Origin: a virus
DNA: 64,000 nt
IMG/VR virus record: IMGVR_UViG_3300021375_000007
Coordinates: 32,001 to 96,000 of that record
Strand: one strand, 5' to 3'
The notes below the pieces were generated by a model. The model was not told where the DNA came from and did not search any database. It worked only from the letters and a program-made list of their open reading frames with translations. Position 1 is the stretch's first letter, and every line of letters starts with the position of its first letter. Below, piece after piece: positions 1-9,953 of this stretch. Made by a program: the position numbers and the translations under genes.

Positions 1-2197
1 AGACAGGTGATAATGTTGTTTTCGTGCCGCCGCCTAACCGTGCTACTGTTTTCTTTACACTATCGCCATAACCTATCTTAGCTAACGTATTTAGACTATT
101 CATTACTCTTTCACGCTCTACTGCAGATAATACTGGTACTTTAAAATCTATACTTAAATTTCTCGATGTACTATCATAATTACCTTCTTTAATACGTGCA
201 TATGCTTGTTGTAGCTCTCCGGTAGCAGTTGATATTGTCATACTAACCGAATCAATATACGATCTAAATCTGGCTACCGTATTATATGTATCTGTAGGCT
301 TGTCATATTCAGCTATTACAAATTTAACCAAATCTTTCGTACTATTACCTAATACCAATTGGTCGGCTTTTTCTTTGTGCGATGTAATAACAGTGGCCTT
401 ATTATCTATTACATATCGTGGATTGCTCCTATCCATTGTATTAAGATCGCCATAATCGCCAATACCAATTCTTTTAACTAAATTACTATCCTTATACTCT
501 TTGTCCTTAGCATTTTTACCAACTCCGGTATTTTTAGGTCTCTGAGAAAATTCTAATCCGTAATTTGCTCTATTCAACGGCACGTTATCACGGAAATCAT
601 TTGGTGTAATGGTACTAGTACTACCATCTGTTGTAGTTCTGTTAAGATCGCCATATGCTACTGTAGCATAACGCTTTCCTATATCTTTAATATTGCCATC
701 ATTCTTACCTAATACTTTAGATTTAGCAGGATCTTTCTTTATTTCATCATATGTTTCACGTAATTTAATAATACCTTTGCCAGCCCATTCAGCTTCTTCT
801 TCTTTTGTTAAAGGTGAATTATATTCTCTTGCAAGATTCGGACCAGGCAATGATGCTAACGCATCTGGCGATGTATAGGTATTATCATCTTTATATCGCG
901 TGATATCATACGTGCTACCATCATCAACCGGCGTGAGAGCGACACCAGCAAACATAACAGGTGATTGAAGTACTGAGTATGGTGTAGTAACAAACCGTAA
1001 TCCTTTAGTTGGTTTATTCAGTAATTTACTCTGTCTTAAAGATGTATTAGTATATCGCTTATTAGATGTAATACCTATACCTAATACGGACTTAGGACCT
1101 GTTAAATCTGTTATTGTTAAATATGGTAATCCAATTGGAGTATTAAATAATGGTCCTAATCCAAATCCATTAAACGCTTCGGTATGTAATGTAGTCAATC
1201 GGTTAAATCGAGTACCAAATCCTAATATATTACGCTCCTTAATAACAGATTCATAATTATAGGATGTCAATCCAGATGGATCAAACGAATCACGTCTGAC
1301 ATGAAATGGCACTGGTGCATTTAGGCTAAATACCGATAATGGATTATATATTTTATTGGACCTAGGAGTTACCCCTGTCCAGAATCCAGTTACACCTTCA
1401 ACATTTGGATTCATTAATTGCAGGCCAAATTGCTTAGCCTGAAATATCAATCCTTTCGGTGATATCATAAACTTGCCAATTCTAGCTTTATCAACGGCTT
1501 CGCGCTCGACGGCAGTGGTTATTCCACCTCGAGGTATATCAGTTAAGGTATCTGCAAATCCTCCCCAATATTGTGGATCTGAATTATTATCTCTTTGTAT
1601 TCCTCGTAATATAAAAGGCTGATCTGTTGCTAGTCCAAAACTGTTCTTATTCCAGGCCGCAGATCTAACTTTTACTTTATTGTATATATCATCAATTGGA
1701 GAATTGGTTGTATATGTATCTGCTAATCCAGAGTTACCATATATAGCACCTATATTATCATTATATTTGTTATCTTTATTCCATCCGGTATGAGCATTTG
1801 GCTTCCAATCATATACATTACCGGTCGGTCCTATAGGGAATGGAAATCCTATACCTCCTTGATTCATTCTTCTAGATGTACCACTTTCTCCTAATGCAGT
1901 AAATATTGGATAATTATCTTTGCTTTCTCGATAGCCTGGTCCTAGGTTAAAGAATCCAAAATTATTAAATCCAGGACGGAATCTTATAAACGTGCCAATA
2001 TTGGCTGTTGTATTTTCTAAAAATAATGATTGGCCGGTAGATGAAGGAGCTGCTCCTATCGCATTTATAGGGGTATTACTAGAACCTGGGCCAATTGGCA
2101 TTGCGAATGGCGACCGTGCAGGAGTACTTCCTTGTGGCGAAGCTTCTGGATTCCATATACCAGCGGATAAATTCGATACTAATTCTGTTAATGCCAT
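1..2197 (-). CDS. Partial (runs off window) tail/baseplate protein with C-terminal tube-initiator-like (gp48/gp54-type) domain
   Basis: Not in the ORF track. ATG at 2197 overlaps the tape measure TAA (TAATG) and reads MALTELVSNLSAGIWNPE...; the frame appears open to the window edge, ending in ...FRSYIDSVSMTIS...SRNLSIDFKVPVLSAVERERVMNSLNTLAK, which resembles tube-initiator folds. It lies directly downstream of the tape measure gene. Confidence 0.65.
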   Translation of the reverse strand, partial: MALTELVSNLSAGIWNPEASPQGSTPARSPFAMPIGPGSSNTPINAIGAAPSSTGQSLFLENTTANIGTFIRFRPGFNNFGFFNLGPGYRESKDNYPIFTALGESGTSRRMNQGGIGFPFPIGPTGNVYDWKPNAHTGWNKDNKYNDNIGAIYGNSGLADTYTTNSPIDDIYNKVKVRSAAWNKNSFGLATDQPFILRGIQRDNNSDPQYWGGFADTLTDIPRGGITTAVEREAVDKARIGKFMISPKGLIFQAKQFGLQLMNPNVEGVTGFWTGVTPRSNKIYNPLSVFSLNAPVPFHVRRDSFDPSGLTSYNYESVIKERNILGFGTRFNRLTTLHTEAFNGFGLGPLFNTPIGLPYLTITDLTGPKSVLGIGITSNKRYTNTSLRQSKLLNKPTKGLRFVTTPYSVLQSPVMFAGVALTPVDDGSTYDITRYKDDNTYTSPDALASLPGPNLAREYNSPLTKEEEAEWAGKGIIKLRETYDEIKKDPAKSKVLGKNDGNIKDIGKRYATVAYGDLNRTTTDGSTSTITPNDFRDNVPLNRANYGLEFSQRPKNTGVGKNAKDKEYKDSNLVKRIGIGDYGDLNTMDRSNPRYVIDNKATVITSHKEKADQLVLGNSTKDLVKFVIAEYDKPTDTYNTVARFRSYIDSVSMTISTATGELQQAYARIKEGNYDSTSRNLSIDFKVPVLSAVERERVMNSLNTLAKIGYGDSVKKTVARLGGGTKTTLSPV

Positions 2198-4443
2198 TAT
2201 CTTGCTCCTACTAGATATGTACTATTAATATCCGCCTGTGCTCTGATTTCGTCTACTACTCTATCACCTACGATGACTTGTACCGGTCTTCCAGATACTG
2301 CATTTATTAACTGCTGCAATAACCCTTCTACTCGTTCCATTGATCCATTGCCAGAACCACCTCTAACATCAGAAGCTAGGCCTCCTGGATCTTGTGTTGC
2401 TAATAGATAATCGCCAGGCGCTGTTGATATGATATTTCCACTAGGATCGATAACACCATCATTTATACCTGTCACTGTCATTGCTTCTTCAGCTAAATCA
2501 TATACAGGTATATCAGTATTTCCACCAAAAAGCCCCATTATTCTTTTATATGCATTTATAGCATTTTCATATACTATCTGAAATGGAAATAATAGCTGCT
2601 CGAGCACTGATTTAGCAAACAGCTTCACGGCGCCTATTAGATCTCCACTTAGTAATTTTTCCCATCCCTCAATCGCAGTCGTTATAGGTCTAAACGCTAT
2701 TTCAAGAGCTAGGGCGGATTGCTCGATACCAAATGCAATGAGTTCCACGAGTCCACTAATTATTTTAAATATAGGTGTAAGTGCTGATATAATCTTTAAG
2801 AAAGATTTACCAGCTGGTAATAAAGCTAATTTAATTTGATTTCCCATATCTGCAAAATCAGCTGACATCCGTTTGGCCGCTTGTTCTTGTGCCAATGCCT
2901 GCTCCAATTGTTCCGGCGTCATATTGGCTAATTGTTCCGTCGATAAATTTAATCCTTTCGCCGCGAGTAATTGTCCTTTCGTTGCATTTGTTAATTTATC
3001 TTGTATTGCTAAAGATTTAGATAATTCTTCAACAGACATTCCTGCTGCCTTAGCCGCAGCTTCTTTTTGGAACAGATCCATCTTACTAAATTCATCTATT
3101 CCACCCATTCCATCTAATATTAGCTTAGTAGCACCTGCTATATCATTATTCGCTGCTAATCGACGTGCCTCATCAAAATTAATTTCTTTGCCGGTTAAGG
3201 CCATAAATTCAAATTGGTTGGCTAAACTTGATTCTATATCTAATAATGATTCAGCTGTCTTGGCCATTTGATCTAAACTTACACCTAATTTACCAGCTTC
3301 GAATGCGGCCTTAGTTAATGCTTTAACATTACCACCAAAGAATTTTGCCGTTGCTTTTGCATTTTGGGCAATATCTGCAGTAACAGCGCCTACATTAAGA
3401 CCTGCTTGTGCAGCTTCCGTAGCTAATTCTCTTTGCGCATCCGCGGCATCCGCGGCAGGTACTCCTAATCCTATTAATGCATTATTTACTGCGGCTGCTT
3501 GTTCAGCACCATAACCAAATGCTTCTCCAATATTAGCAACTTCTGCAGCAACTTCTGCAGATAACATTGACATATTACCAAATTCTTTTATCGTAGCTTG
3601 CTGAACTGTTAATACATCTTTCATTGATATTAACTGATTATCTAATGATTCAGCTACATTTTGTGATTCAATTGATAATGCCTCGGCTTGAGCTACTGTA
3701 GTGCCTATATTTTTTGCCATTTCGGCAAATTGTTTTTCTAATGTAGCTGCCAATTTTACTAATTGCACTAACGCCGCAACAATTGCCAATGCCAACAATG
3801 GTCCTAATTTTACAACTTTCATGAATTTTTTCATTGCCTGGCTTGAAGCTTTGGTTATATCGCCTCCTGTTGCAAGCGTCTCATTGAATGCATCCATAGC
3901 CGCATTATGACCTTCCTGCAGATTCGATTTTATTTTGTTAAGGCCAATAATTTTTGATAACGCTCTACCCATGGGTATATACTTATCAATAAAGCTATCC
4001 AATTCTTGGCTTGCATTGCCTAATAAATCTAAAATTTTGCGACGATTATCTATTTCATCTTCACCTAATTCTTGCAATTTTCGTTGAGCACCTATAATGT
4101 GCTCAAGTCGAGTTACTCGTTCGGCTTGTTCTGCATTTAAATTTTCTAATCCACCGTTTAAAGCCACATATGCATGCATTTCTTCTTCTAACTTATCGAC
4201 TATATTTTTACTAACTATATAATTATCTCGCAATTCATCATTATATTGATTGCTTAATCCAACAATTTTATTTAATGACTTTTCTATTTCATCAGTATCA
4301 TTGCTAAGTCTTTCCGTCTCATCTGCCGCTACTCCCATTTTTTCTGCTACCTTACCGAGAGTAAATGCTACATCTTGCATTGCACTAACTAATTGCCTTG
4401 TTAAGTCAACCTGTTCCCGTAACAAATCATTATTATCTGCCAT
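2197..4443 (-). CDS. Tail tape measure protein
   Basis: 748 aa, Ala/Leu/Gln-rich helical coiled coil with hydrophobic segments, downstream of tube and chaperone genes. Confidence 0.85.
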   Translation of the reverse strand: MADNNDLLREQVDLTRQLVSAMQDVAFTLGKVAEKMGVAADETERLSNDTDEIEKSLNKIVGLSNQYNDELRDNYIVSKNIVDKLEEEMHAYVALNGGLENLNAEQAERVTRLEHIIGAQRKLQELGEDEIDNRRKILDLLGNASQELDSFIDKYIPMGRALSKIIGLNKIKSNLQEGHNAAMDAFNETLATGGDITKASSQAMKKFMKVVKLGPLLALAIVAALVQLVKLAATLEKQFAEMAKNIGTTVAQAEALSIESQNVAESLDNQLISMKDVLTVQQATIKEFGNMSMLSAEVAAEVANIGEAFGYGAEQAAAVNNALIGLGVPAADAADAQRELATEAAQAGLNVGAVTADIAQNAKATAKFFGGNVKALTKAAFEAGKLGVSLDQMAKTAESLLDIESSLANQFEFMALTGKEINFDEARRLAANNDIAGATKLILDGMGGIDEFSKMDLFQKEAAAKAAGMSVEELSKSLAIQDKLTNATKGQLLAAKGLNLSTEQLANMTPEQLEQALAQEQAAKRMSADFADMGNQIKLALLPAGKSFLKIISALTPIFKIISGLVELIAFGIEQSALALEIAFRPITTAIEGWEKLLSGDLIGAVKLFAKSVLEQLLFPFQIVYENAINAYKRIMGLFGGNTDIPVYDLAEEAMTVTGINDGVIDPSGNIISTAPGDYLLATQDPGGLASDVRGGSGNGSMERVEGLLQQLINAVSGRPVQVIVGDRVVDEIRAQADINSTYLVGAR

Positions 4444-4451
4444 AGATTTCC

Positions 4452-4712
4452 TTATCTAGTATGACGAAATCTTTTTTTACAATTTGAAAGATGTGGATTT
4501 CTAGCACATATTGATTTTATTACTTGCTTAACATTTTGGCTTTGTTTAGCGTAATCTATTAAAGCAGCTTTTAATTCTGGATCTGCCTCTGCTTCTTTAT
4601 ATATCTTGCTAAATGTACGTTTTAATTTAGGAGCAAACATTAATCCAAGAAATGAACCTAATATAGATTCATTGATTTGCTTACCATAATGTTCTAATGG
4701 ATCTTTTGCCAT
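4452..4712 (-). CDS. Hypothetical protein
   Basis: 86 aa ORF preceded by the late promoter motif (4731-4738) and AAGGG; contains an I-N-E site near the N-terminus. Confidence 0.7.
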   Translation of the reverse strand: MAKDPLEHYGKQINESILGSFLGLMFAPKLKRTFSKIYKEAEADPELKAALIDYAKQSQNVKQVIKSICARNPHLSNCKKRFRHTR

Positions 4713-4730
4713 AATAGTACCCTTCTTTGT

Positions 4731-4738
4731 TATAAATA
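4731..4738 (-). promoter_or_regulatory. Late promoter motif (sense ATATTTAT[A/T]); first of at least 17 copies
   Basis: The + strand (T/A)ATAAATA occurs at about 4731, 5818, 6395, 8224, 8538, 11135, 12104, 16769, 17455, 25170, 27076, 30656, 36766, 45152, 50359, 56732 and 58866, each about 12-30 nt before a minus-strand start codon. Confidence 0.75.
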
Positions 4739-4751
4739 TAAGGATAGCGAA

Positions 4752-4967
4752 TTATCGTCGTCTAGATGACGCTGCTTTGGCCTTTTTAGTGGCTTCTTCT
4801 TCGGCCTTTGATTTTTCTTTGTGCACATTGTCTACACTTCTAATATAAAATGTACGTAACCAGATCGGCATATCATATACATCAGACCAGGTGAATCCAC
4901 CCTTACCCCAATATATAAGATCAAATATTTGTTTATGAAGTGTAAGTCGGTAGCTAGGCGTCAGGCC
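4752..4967 (-). CDS. gp51-like / gpT-like tail chaperone extension, probably expressed by frameshift
   Basis: 71-codon frame GLTPSYRLTLHKQIFDLIYWGKGGFTWSDVYDMPIWLRTFY...; the D-V-Y-x-M-P-x-W-x-R motif is typical of tail-chaperone C-terminal extensions; no ATG/GTG/TTG before codon 33. Confidence 0.75.
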   Translation of the reverse strand, partial: GLTPSYRLTLHKQIFDLIYWGKGGFTWSDVYDMPIWLRTFYIRSVDNVHKEKSKAEEEATKKAKAASSRRR

Positions 4968-5796
4968 AAAAAAAGTTGACTCCTATCGGTAAGCCTAAAG
5001 TAAATGGATCTCCAGTCTCTTCATCAATGAATTCAATATCCATATCAACGTCAGGCTGAACTGTTTTCATATGTGCTCTTAAGGCTCTGGAATCAATTGC
5101 ATATAATTCATCACGAACAAATTTACGAACTTTTTCTTTATCCTCATCTCCATCTATAGACGTAATTGAATGTGCCAATCTAGTTGTTAATTGTGGATCG
5201 GCACCTCCAGTCTTTCTTTGAAGCTTTTTAAGACCTTTCAATTCTTTTTCAATCATATCATTGTCTCTATGCGATAGCATTTTAAACGTTATAGTTCGTT
5301 TACTGGTCGGTAGCTGGAATGAGAATTCATTTACCCCAGCCTCTATCGAACCTTCGTCAAATGGACGATCATCAATGCTAGTGAGGTCTATTGTTTCTTG
5401 TTGTTTCTTACCGGAAGGAGTAGTAACCTCTGTTACATAATCTTTACCATATCCTAAGATACGTGCAGCAATCATAATTGCATTTTTATCACCTACCAGT
5501 AAATCATTGTAATTGATTCTTTGGCCTTCACCATTTCCTACAATAAGAGATTGAAATAATTTGTCTAATACAACTCCTTGCTGAATATATGATTGAGTAG
5601 TAAGAATATCTTCTTCTTTAGCCGTCATATATTTCATTTCCACTTTACCTGATGCCAATGGATTGTCTTTTGGATATAGTAATCCTTTAGATGGCAATGT
5701 TACAATCTCCGTTGGAAATTTAGGTGGTTGTGCTGCTTCTGGGGTTGGATTGGCTGGTGTTCCTGCCGACCTATGGTTGGGTAATTCGTTGCTCAT
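4954..5796 (-). CDS. T4 gp26-like baseplate hub assembly protein / tail assembly chaperone
   Basis: LPSKGLLY...MTAKEEDIL...GDKNAIMIAARILGYG motif; ends NFFWPDA; lies between tube and tape measure; strong SD (TAAGGAG). Confidence 0.8.
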   Translation of the reverse strand: MSNELPNHRSAGTPANPTPEAAQPPKFPTEIVTLPSKGLLYPKDNPLASGKVEMKYMTAKEEDILTTQSYIQQGVVLDKLFQSLIVGNGEGQRINYNDLLVGDKNAIMIAARILGYGKDYVTEVTTPSGKKQQETIDLTSIDDRPFDEGSIEAGVNEFSFQLPTSKRTITFKMLSHRDNDMIEKELKGLKKLQRKTGGADPQLTTRLAHSITSIDGDEDKEKVRKFVRDELYAIDSRALRAHMKTVQPDVDMDIEFIDEETGDPFTLGLPIGVNFFWPDA

Positions 5797-5835
5797 TAAT
5801 ACTCCTTATAACTTTTATATAAATATGCAGAACAG

Positions 5836-5867
5836 TAAAAACCTCCATATAAATATGAAGGCCTTTA
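5836..5867 (-). terminator. Probable intrinsic terminator after the tail tube gene
   Basis: Sense GGCCTTCATA-TTTA-TATGGAGGTT-TTT hairpin with G-U pairs, followed by a U-run. Confidence 0.55.
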
Positions 5868-5888
5868 CTTTAAATATATGTTTACAGA

Positions 5889-6377
5889 TTAGAACTGCAA
5901 TATTGCATAATCATATTTCAATGTAAGCTCGATTTGAACCGGGTCTTCTGTACTCCAATCCATATCACCAAAGGTGGCAGAAGAAATAAAAGCACCTTTC
6001 AATGTCCATTCCTCAACTTTATCACCAACTGGTCCTAAAGCATTGAAAGTGATATCTTTTTTGTAGAAGTCAGAATAACCATCTCTACCTGTTACAGATT
6101 CGTGATGCAATCGTACCCATTCCATTACTGCCTGAGCACCGGATGGTACTACTGGATCATATAATGTAATGCTAACATCTTGCCAACGACTCTTCCCTTT
6201 GATCTTTCTTTCAATGTTGATGTGATCTAATACAATCTCACCTTGATCGATTGATGGTCTAGATGCAGCTTTAATAAGATATGATGGAATCCCATCTACA
6301 TACATAATAAACCTGTTACTTACTTTTGGTTCATATGCGGTAAAAAATATCTCGGTTGGATCTAATAATTGTGCCAT
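5889..6377 (-). CDS. Tail tube protein (gp19-like)
   Basis: 162 aa; EPKVSNRF, WQDVSITLYD, EEWTLKGAFISSATFGDMDW, IELTLKYD motifs; immediately after the sheath gene. Confidence 0.92.
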   Translation of the reverse strand: MAQLLDPTEIFFTAYEPKVSNRFIMYVDGIPSYLIKAASRPSIDQGEIVLDHINIERKIKGKSRWQDVSITLYDPVVPSGAQAVMEWVRLHHESVTGRDGYSDFYKKDITFNALGPVGDKVEEWTLKGAFISSATFGDMDWSTEDPVQIELTLKYDYAILQF

Positions 6378-6418
6378 TTATGTTTCCTCTTTTATATAAA
6401 TATCTACTTTCCTAATTT

Positions 6419-8197
6419 TTACTCTGGAAAAGCAGCTCCCGTTGGTAAAACATTGAAATCAATAATAATGAATTCTGCTGTCTTGGCTGGTTGCAAGAAT
6501 ATCTGTCCTACTAATTGATTTCTATCAACTACGTCTGGGGTATTATTTGTTTCATCCATTACTACCTTGAATGCATATAAACCTTGACGTTGCTGGATAT
6601 CTTCAAAATAAGGATTGACAATAGAAAGGAATCTGTTTCTAGTTGCGGTCGTATTTTGCTCGAATACCAAGAACTTACTAGATGATGCAACAAATTTCTT
6701 AGATGCGATAAGTAATCTTCGTACATTAATTCTATCCAATGCAGATGATTTTTTCTGTAATGTCTTTTGTCCAAATACTACAACTCCACTGTTAGGAAAA
6801 GTTGCAATAGGATTAACATTACTTTCATAAAGATCATCTCGGTTGGTTTGAGTTAATTTTCTCTCAGCTCGAATCACTGTTTCCAATCCACCTCTGTTAA
6901 GACCTGCTGGTGCAAACCAAGGAGCAGCTACCATATCATTAAATGCATATACTCCTGGAATCAATGTGGTGGCTGGTACCCAAATATTCTGACCTAAATC
7001 ATTATCTGCGATTTGCAACCATGGCCAATACATTGCATTATAGCTTGAATCTTCTGCTTCTGCTTGTGCTTGTGCTGCTGATAATCCTGACCCGTATAAT
7101 ATTGGATCTGATATCATAAAACAATCACCTCTACCTTCTACCATGCTTTCTGCCGTAGATAATATAGCACCGTGATTGGCTGCGCTATTAAGTAATCCTG
7201 GGAATGATATCAAATTAATATCATATTCATCTTGGTTACTTAATAAATTAATAGCATCTGTATAAGCTGTTTTACCTTCATCAGTAACACTTAGATTAAA
7301 TCCTTGCGTATTGGTATTGGTAATGCCATTATAAAATTGCTGTGGATGCTGAACGTTTCCATCTGACCCATTAGCAAATGTTCCTGATACTGCTTGTGGT
7401 AATGAAGCGGAAGCAGCACCTACTCTAACATTTCCATTTGAATCTAAATAATTAAGAGTGGTTTTAAGTACCTCGGCTCTTACATATTTAGACCTTACTG
7501 GGAATGAACCTGATAATTGCAAGAATGGTGAAGTGCCACCGGAATCTCTCATTGTAAATACCTGATCACCAATTCTCCGTGCAATATAATTAGGTGAATT
7601 TGGATCTAATGTAAGATTGTTATATTGTTCAACAATGGTTTTTCTTCTTGAAGTATCATCGCCTCTTCTAATATATAAACTAAATGTACCTAAATTATTA
7701 TTAACATTTGCTACTTCCCATCGTAGGTTATCAACAGAACCGGAAACAAGCATGCTATTTGTTGTTTCATCTGCCGCTATTCCCTCTCCTTCTGACGATG
7801 CTACAGCTTGACCACTATTCATAATAGCGCCATCGGCTAATGTATATAATCTAAATGAATTACCGGCTCCGGATGATGTTACAAAAGAATCAGCAGGAGC
7901 ATACGCACCAGCCATAATTCTTGTCACGGTTAATGTATCAGCATATTTTAAATAGTTTTGTGCTGATATAGATGTTAAATATTTATACGACTTTTCATCT
8001 GCACCAGAACCACTAATGAATACATCTCCAAATATTTGTCTGTATTCATCATACCCAGATACAATTGTTGGTACCATTGCTGGACCTTTTACGGTTGGTC
8101 CTACAACTGCGGCACCAATTGCACCTATTGCGGCTGGTAAAAATGATTGGTCAACTTCCCTGGTAAACACACCAGGACTTACAATTCTTTCGGCCAT
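6419..8197 (-). CDS. Contractile tail sheath protein (gp18-like)
   Basis: SPGVFTREVD N-terminus; WFAPAGLNRG, VNPI, FGQKTL, DRINVRRL, FEQN and PAKTAEFI motifs. Confidence 0.97.
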   Translation of the reverse strand: MAERIVSPGVFTREVDQSFLPAAIGAIGAAVVGPTVKGPAMVPTIVSGYDEYRQIFGDVFISGSGADEKSYKYLTSISAQNYLKYADTLTVTRIMAGAYAPADSFVTSSGAGNSFRLYTLADGAIMNSGQAVASSEGEGIAADETTNSMLVSGSVDNLRWEVANVNNNLGTFSLYIRRGDDTSRRKTIVEQYNNLTLDPNSPNYIARRIGDQVFTMRDSGGTSPFLQLSGSFPVRSKYVRAEVLKTTLNYLDSNGNVRVGAASASLPQAVSGTFANGSDGNVQHPQQFYNGITNTNTQGFNLSVTDEGKTAYTDAINLLSNQDEYDINLISFPGLLNSAANHGAILSTAESMVEGRGDCFMISDPILYGSGLSAAQAQAEAEDSSYNAMYWPWLQIADNDLGQNIWVPATTLIPGVYAFNDMVAAPWFAPAGLNRGGLETVIRAERKLTQTNRDDLYESNVNPIATFPNSGVVVFGQKTLQKKSSALDRINVRRLLIASKKFVASSSKFLVFEQNTTATRNRFLSIVNPYFEDIQQRQGLYAFKVVMDETNNTPDVVDRNQLVGQIFLQPAKTAEFIIIDFNVLPTGAAFPE

Positions 8198-8253
8198 TGA
8201 TTATCCCTTTTATTAAGTTTTTATATAAATATGATATTAATCAGCCAAACAAT

Positions 8254-8523
8254 CTATTCGGTAGGTATAAATTCACCTTTCTCGAGATCAACCGATCCAT
8301 CGCCATATTTTTCATTTAATGCTTTAGCTGCAGCTTGCTCTTCTTTTTGTAACGTACCAAAATCGGCATTCAATTTGGTTTTAGCATTATCCAGTGATTC
8401 TAAATATTGATGCGTTAATAGCATTTCTATTTCTAACTGCCCAAATTCATATACTTTTGAATCGCTGCGTTCTTTTAGATTTTTTAAATTATCTAGTTCT
8501 TCTTGTGTTAACTTTGTTGCCAT
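8254..8523 (-). CDS. Small coiled-coil hypothetical protein
   Basis: 89 aa helical protein ending KYGDGSVDLEKGEF; late motif variant upstream. Confidence 0.7.
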   Translation of the reverse strand: MATKLTQEELDNLKNLKERSDSKVYEFGQLEIEMLLTHQYLESLDNAKTKLNADFGTLQKEEQAAAKALNEKYGDGSVDLEKGEFIPTE

Positions 8524-8550
8524 AATATAACCTTTTAAATAAATATTGCG

Positions 8551-9399
8551 CTATTGATCAAACCGTCGATAAAACGGTAGGAAATTACCATTGGTACCTA
8601 TATCATCTCCATACCCATCAGGCGGCGCTGTAAATTGAGTTTCTGCTAATTTAATCTGCTTGATACCGTATTGCTTTTGCACATTTGATTTATATAATTC
8701 TGTTTCTGGAAAAATAGTGCCTTTCATTGTTACTGGTAATGTAGCTCTTACGGTTCTATCTTCTCCAGTATCATTAGATAATTCATTTGCCACATCTTGT
8801 ACTATACAAGGAAATTTCCAGGTCGTGCCCCATGCAAATCCTCCTAATGGTATTATCTGCTCTAATACTTGATTCATTTGCTCTTGCAACGACGTCCATA
8901 TAAATACATCATAAGATATATCAACAAACTCAGGTATTAGCGTTACATAATATTCTTTGTTAGGCTTTGAATTTGATGTTGCAGAGAATCTATCATATCG
9001 ATGTCTGTTCGTATACTTGCTTTCTAATACTAAATTGTTACCAGCTGGATTTCTATTAACATCTAGCTTTTTCATCGAATCACGCTCGACAATAGAATTA
9101 CGACGGATCATAATAAGAGGGGTCATTGTTTTACCTTTAGCATCTCTCATATATCCATGTGCCTGAACTTGGCTCCATTTTTCTCCATTGGCATACATGA
9201 CTGGTATATCAATAACAGCATCATTTTCTATTATCTTAGGTTTAGCAACATCTCTAAGATAAGTTAATATTGCAAAGTCATGGTCGTATATTGTACATGC
9301 TTGCGTTTTAATTGTATCATCATCTCGCCGGACTTGTTCAGCTCGGTTTGATTTTGGATTATTAGTAAATGATGAATCTGTTCTGTCTAGTTCAGCCAT
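8551..9399 (-). CDS. Tail sheath stabiliser / terminator (gp15-like)
   Basis: IPVMYANGEKW, PLIMIRR and QMNQVLEQI motifs; synteny gp13-gp14-gp15-sheath. Confidence 0.75.
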   Translation of the reverse strand: MAELDRTDSSFTNNPKSNRAEQVRRDDDTIKTQACTIYDHDFAILTYLRDVAKPKIIENDAVIDIPVMYANGEKWSQVQAHGYMRDAKGKTMTPLIMIRRNSIVERDSMKKLDVNRNPAGNNLVLESKYTNRHRYDRFSATSNSKPNKEYYVTLIPEFVDISYDVFIWTSLQEQMNQVLEQIIPLGGFAWGTTWKFPCIVQDVANELSNDTGEDRTVRATLPVTMKGTIFPETELYKSNVQKQYGIKQIKLAETQFTAPPDGYGDDIGTNGNFLPFYRRFDQ

Positions 9400-9950
9400 T
9401 AGTTATATATCCCTCTATCTGTTGGTGAAATATAAGGCGGTTTATTTATACCGGACCTAACTTCTTCAATATTAATGTTATTACGTTTAGTAACATGAGC
9501 TTCTGCTATTATAGCAACACTATATCCAAATTCCTCATCCAATTCACCAGAAGTATTGCCTAACAATGTTGATGGATTTCTACCAGCCCAATACTGCGAC
9601 GATCCTACATTATCTATTTCATAATATTCATTATCCCATTCGATAACATCACCTTCTTCAACATGAATATTTTTATCTTTTAAATCATCACGTAAAAATG
9701 CAAATATACCAGTACGATTAAATTCTAAACCAAAATCATCTGAGGTAGCTGTTTTTTCATCCTTCTGAACTATTGTTGTAATTCTTGTAGGTTTATAATA
9801 TGTACGACGTTCTGATTCGCCGTATATATTTTCATTTGTACTATCTAATACCAATTTATAATGCAATACCTCAGTATCAATATACCGTAATAATTCACGG
9901 CTCATTGATCTAATTAACGATGCATCTCTACCTGATCCAAATAATGCCAT
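9399..9950 (-). CDS. Neck / head closure protein (gp14-like)
   Basis: NIYGES, FGLE and EGDVIEWDNEYYEID motifs; synteny. Confidence 0.75.
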   Translation of the reverse strand: MALFGSGRDASLIRSMSRELLRYIDTEVLHYKLVLDSTNENIYGESERRTYYKPTRITTIVQKDEKTATSDDFGLEFNRTGIFAFLRDDLKDKNIHVEEGDVIEWDNEYYEIDNVGSSQYWAGRNPSTLLGNTSGELDEEFGYSVAIIAEAHVTKRNNINIEEVRSGINKPPYISPTDRGIYN

Positions 9951-9953
9951 ATG

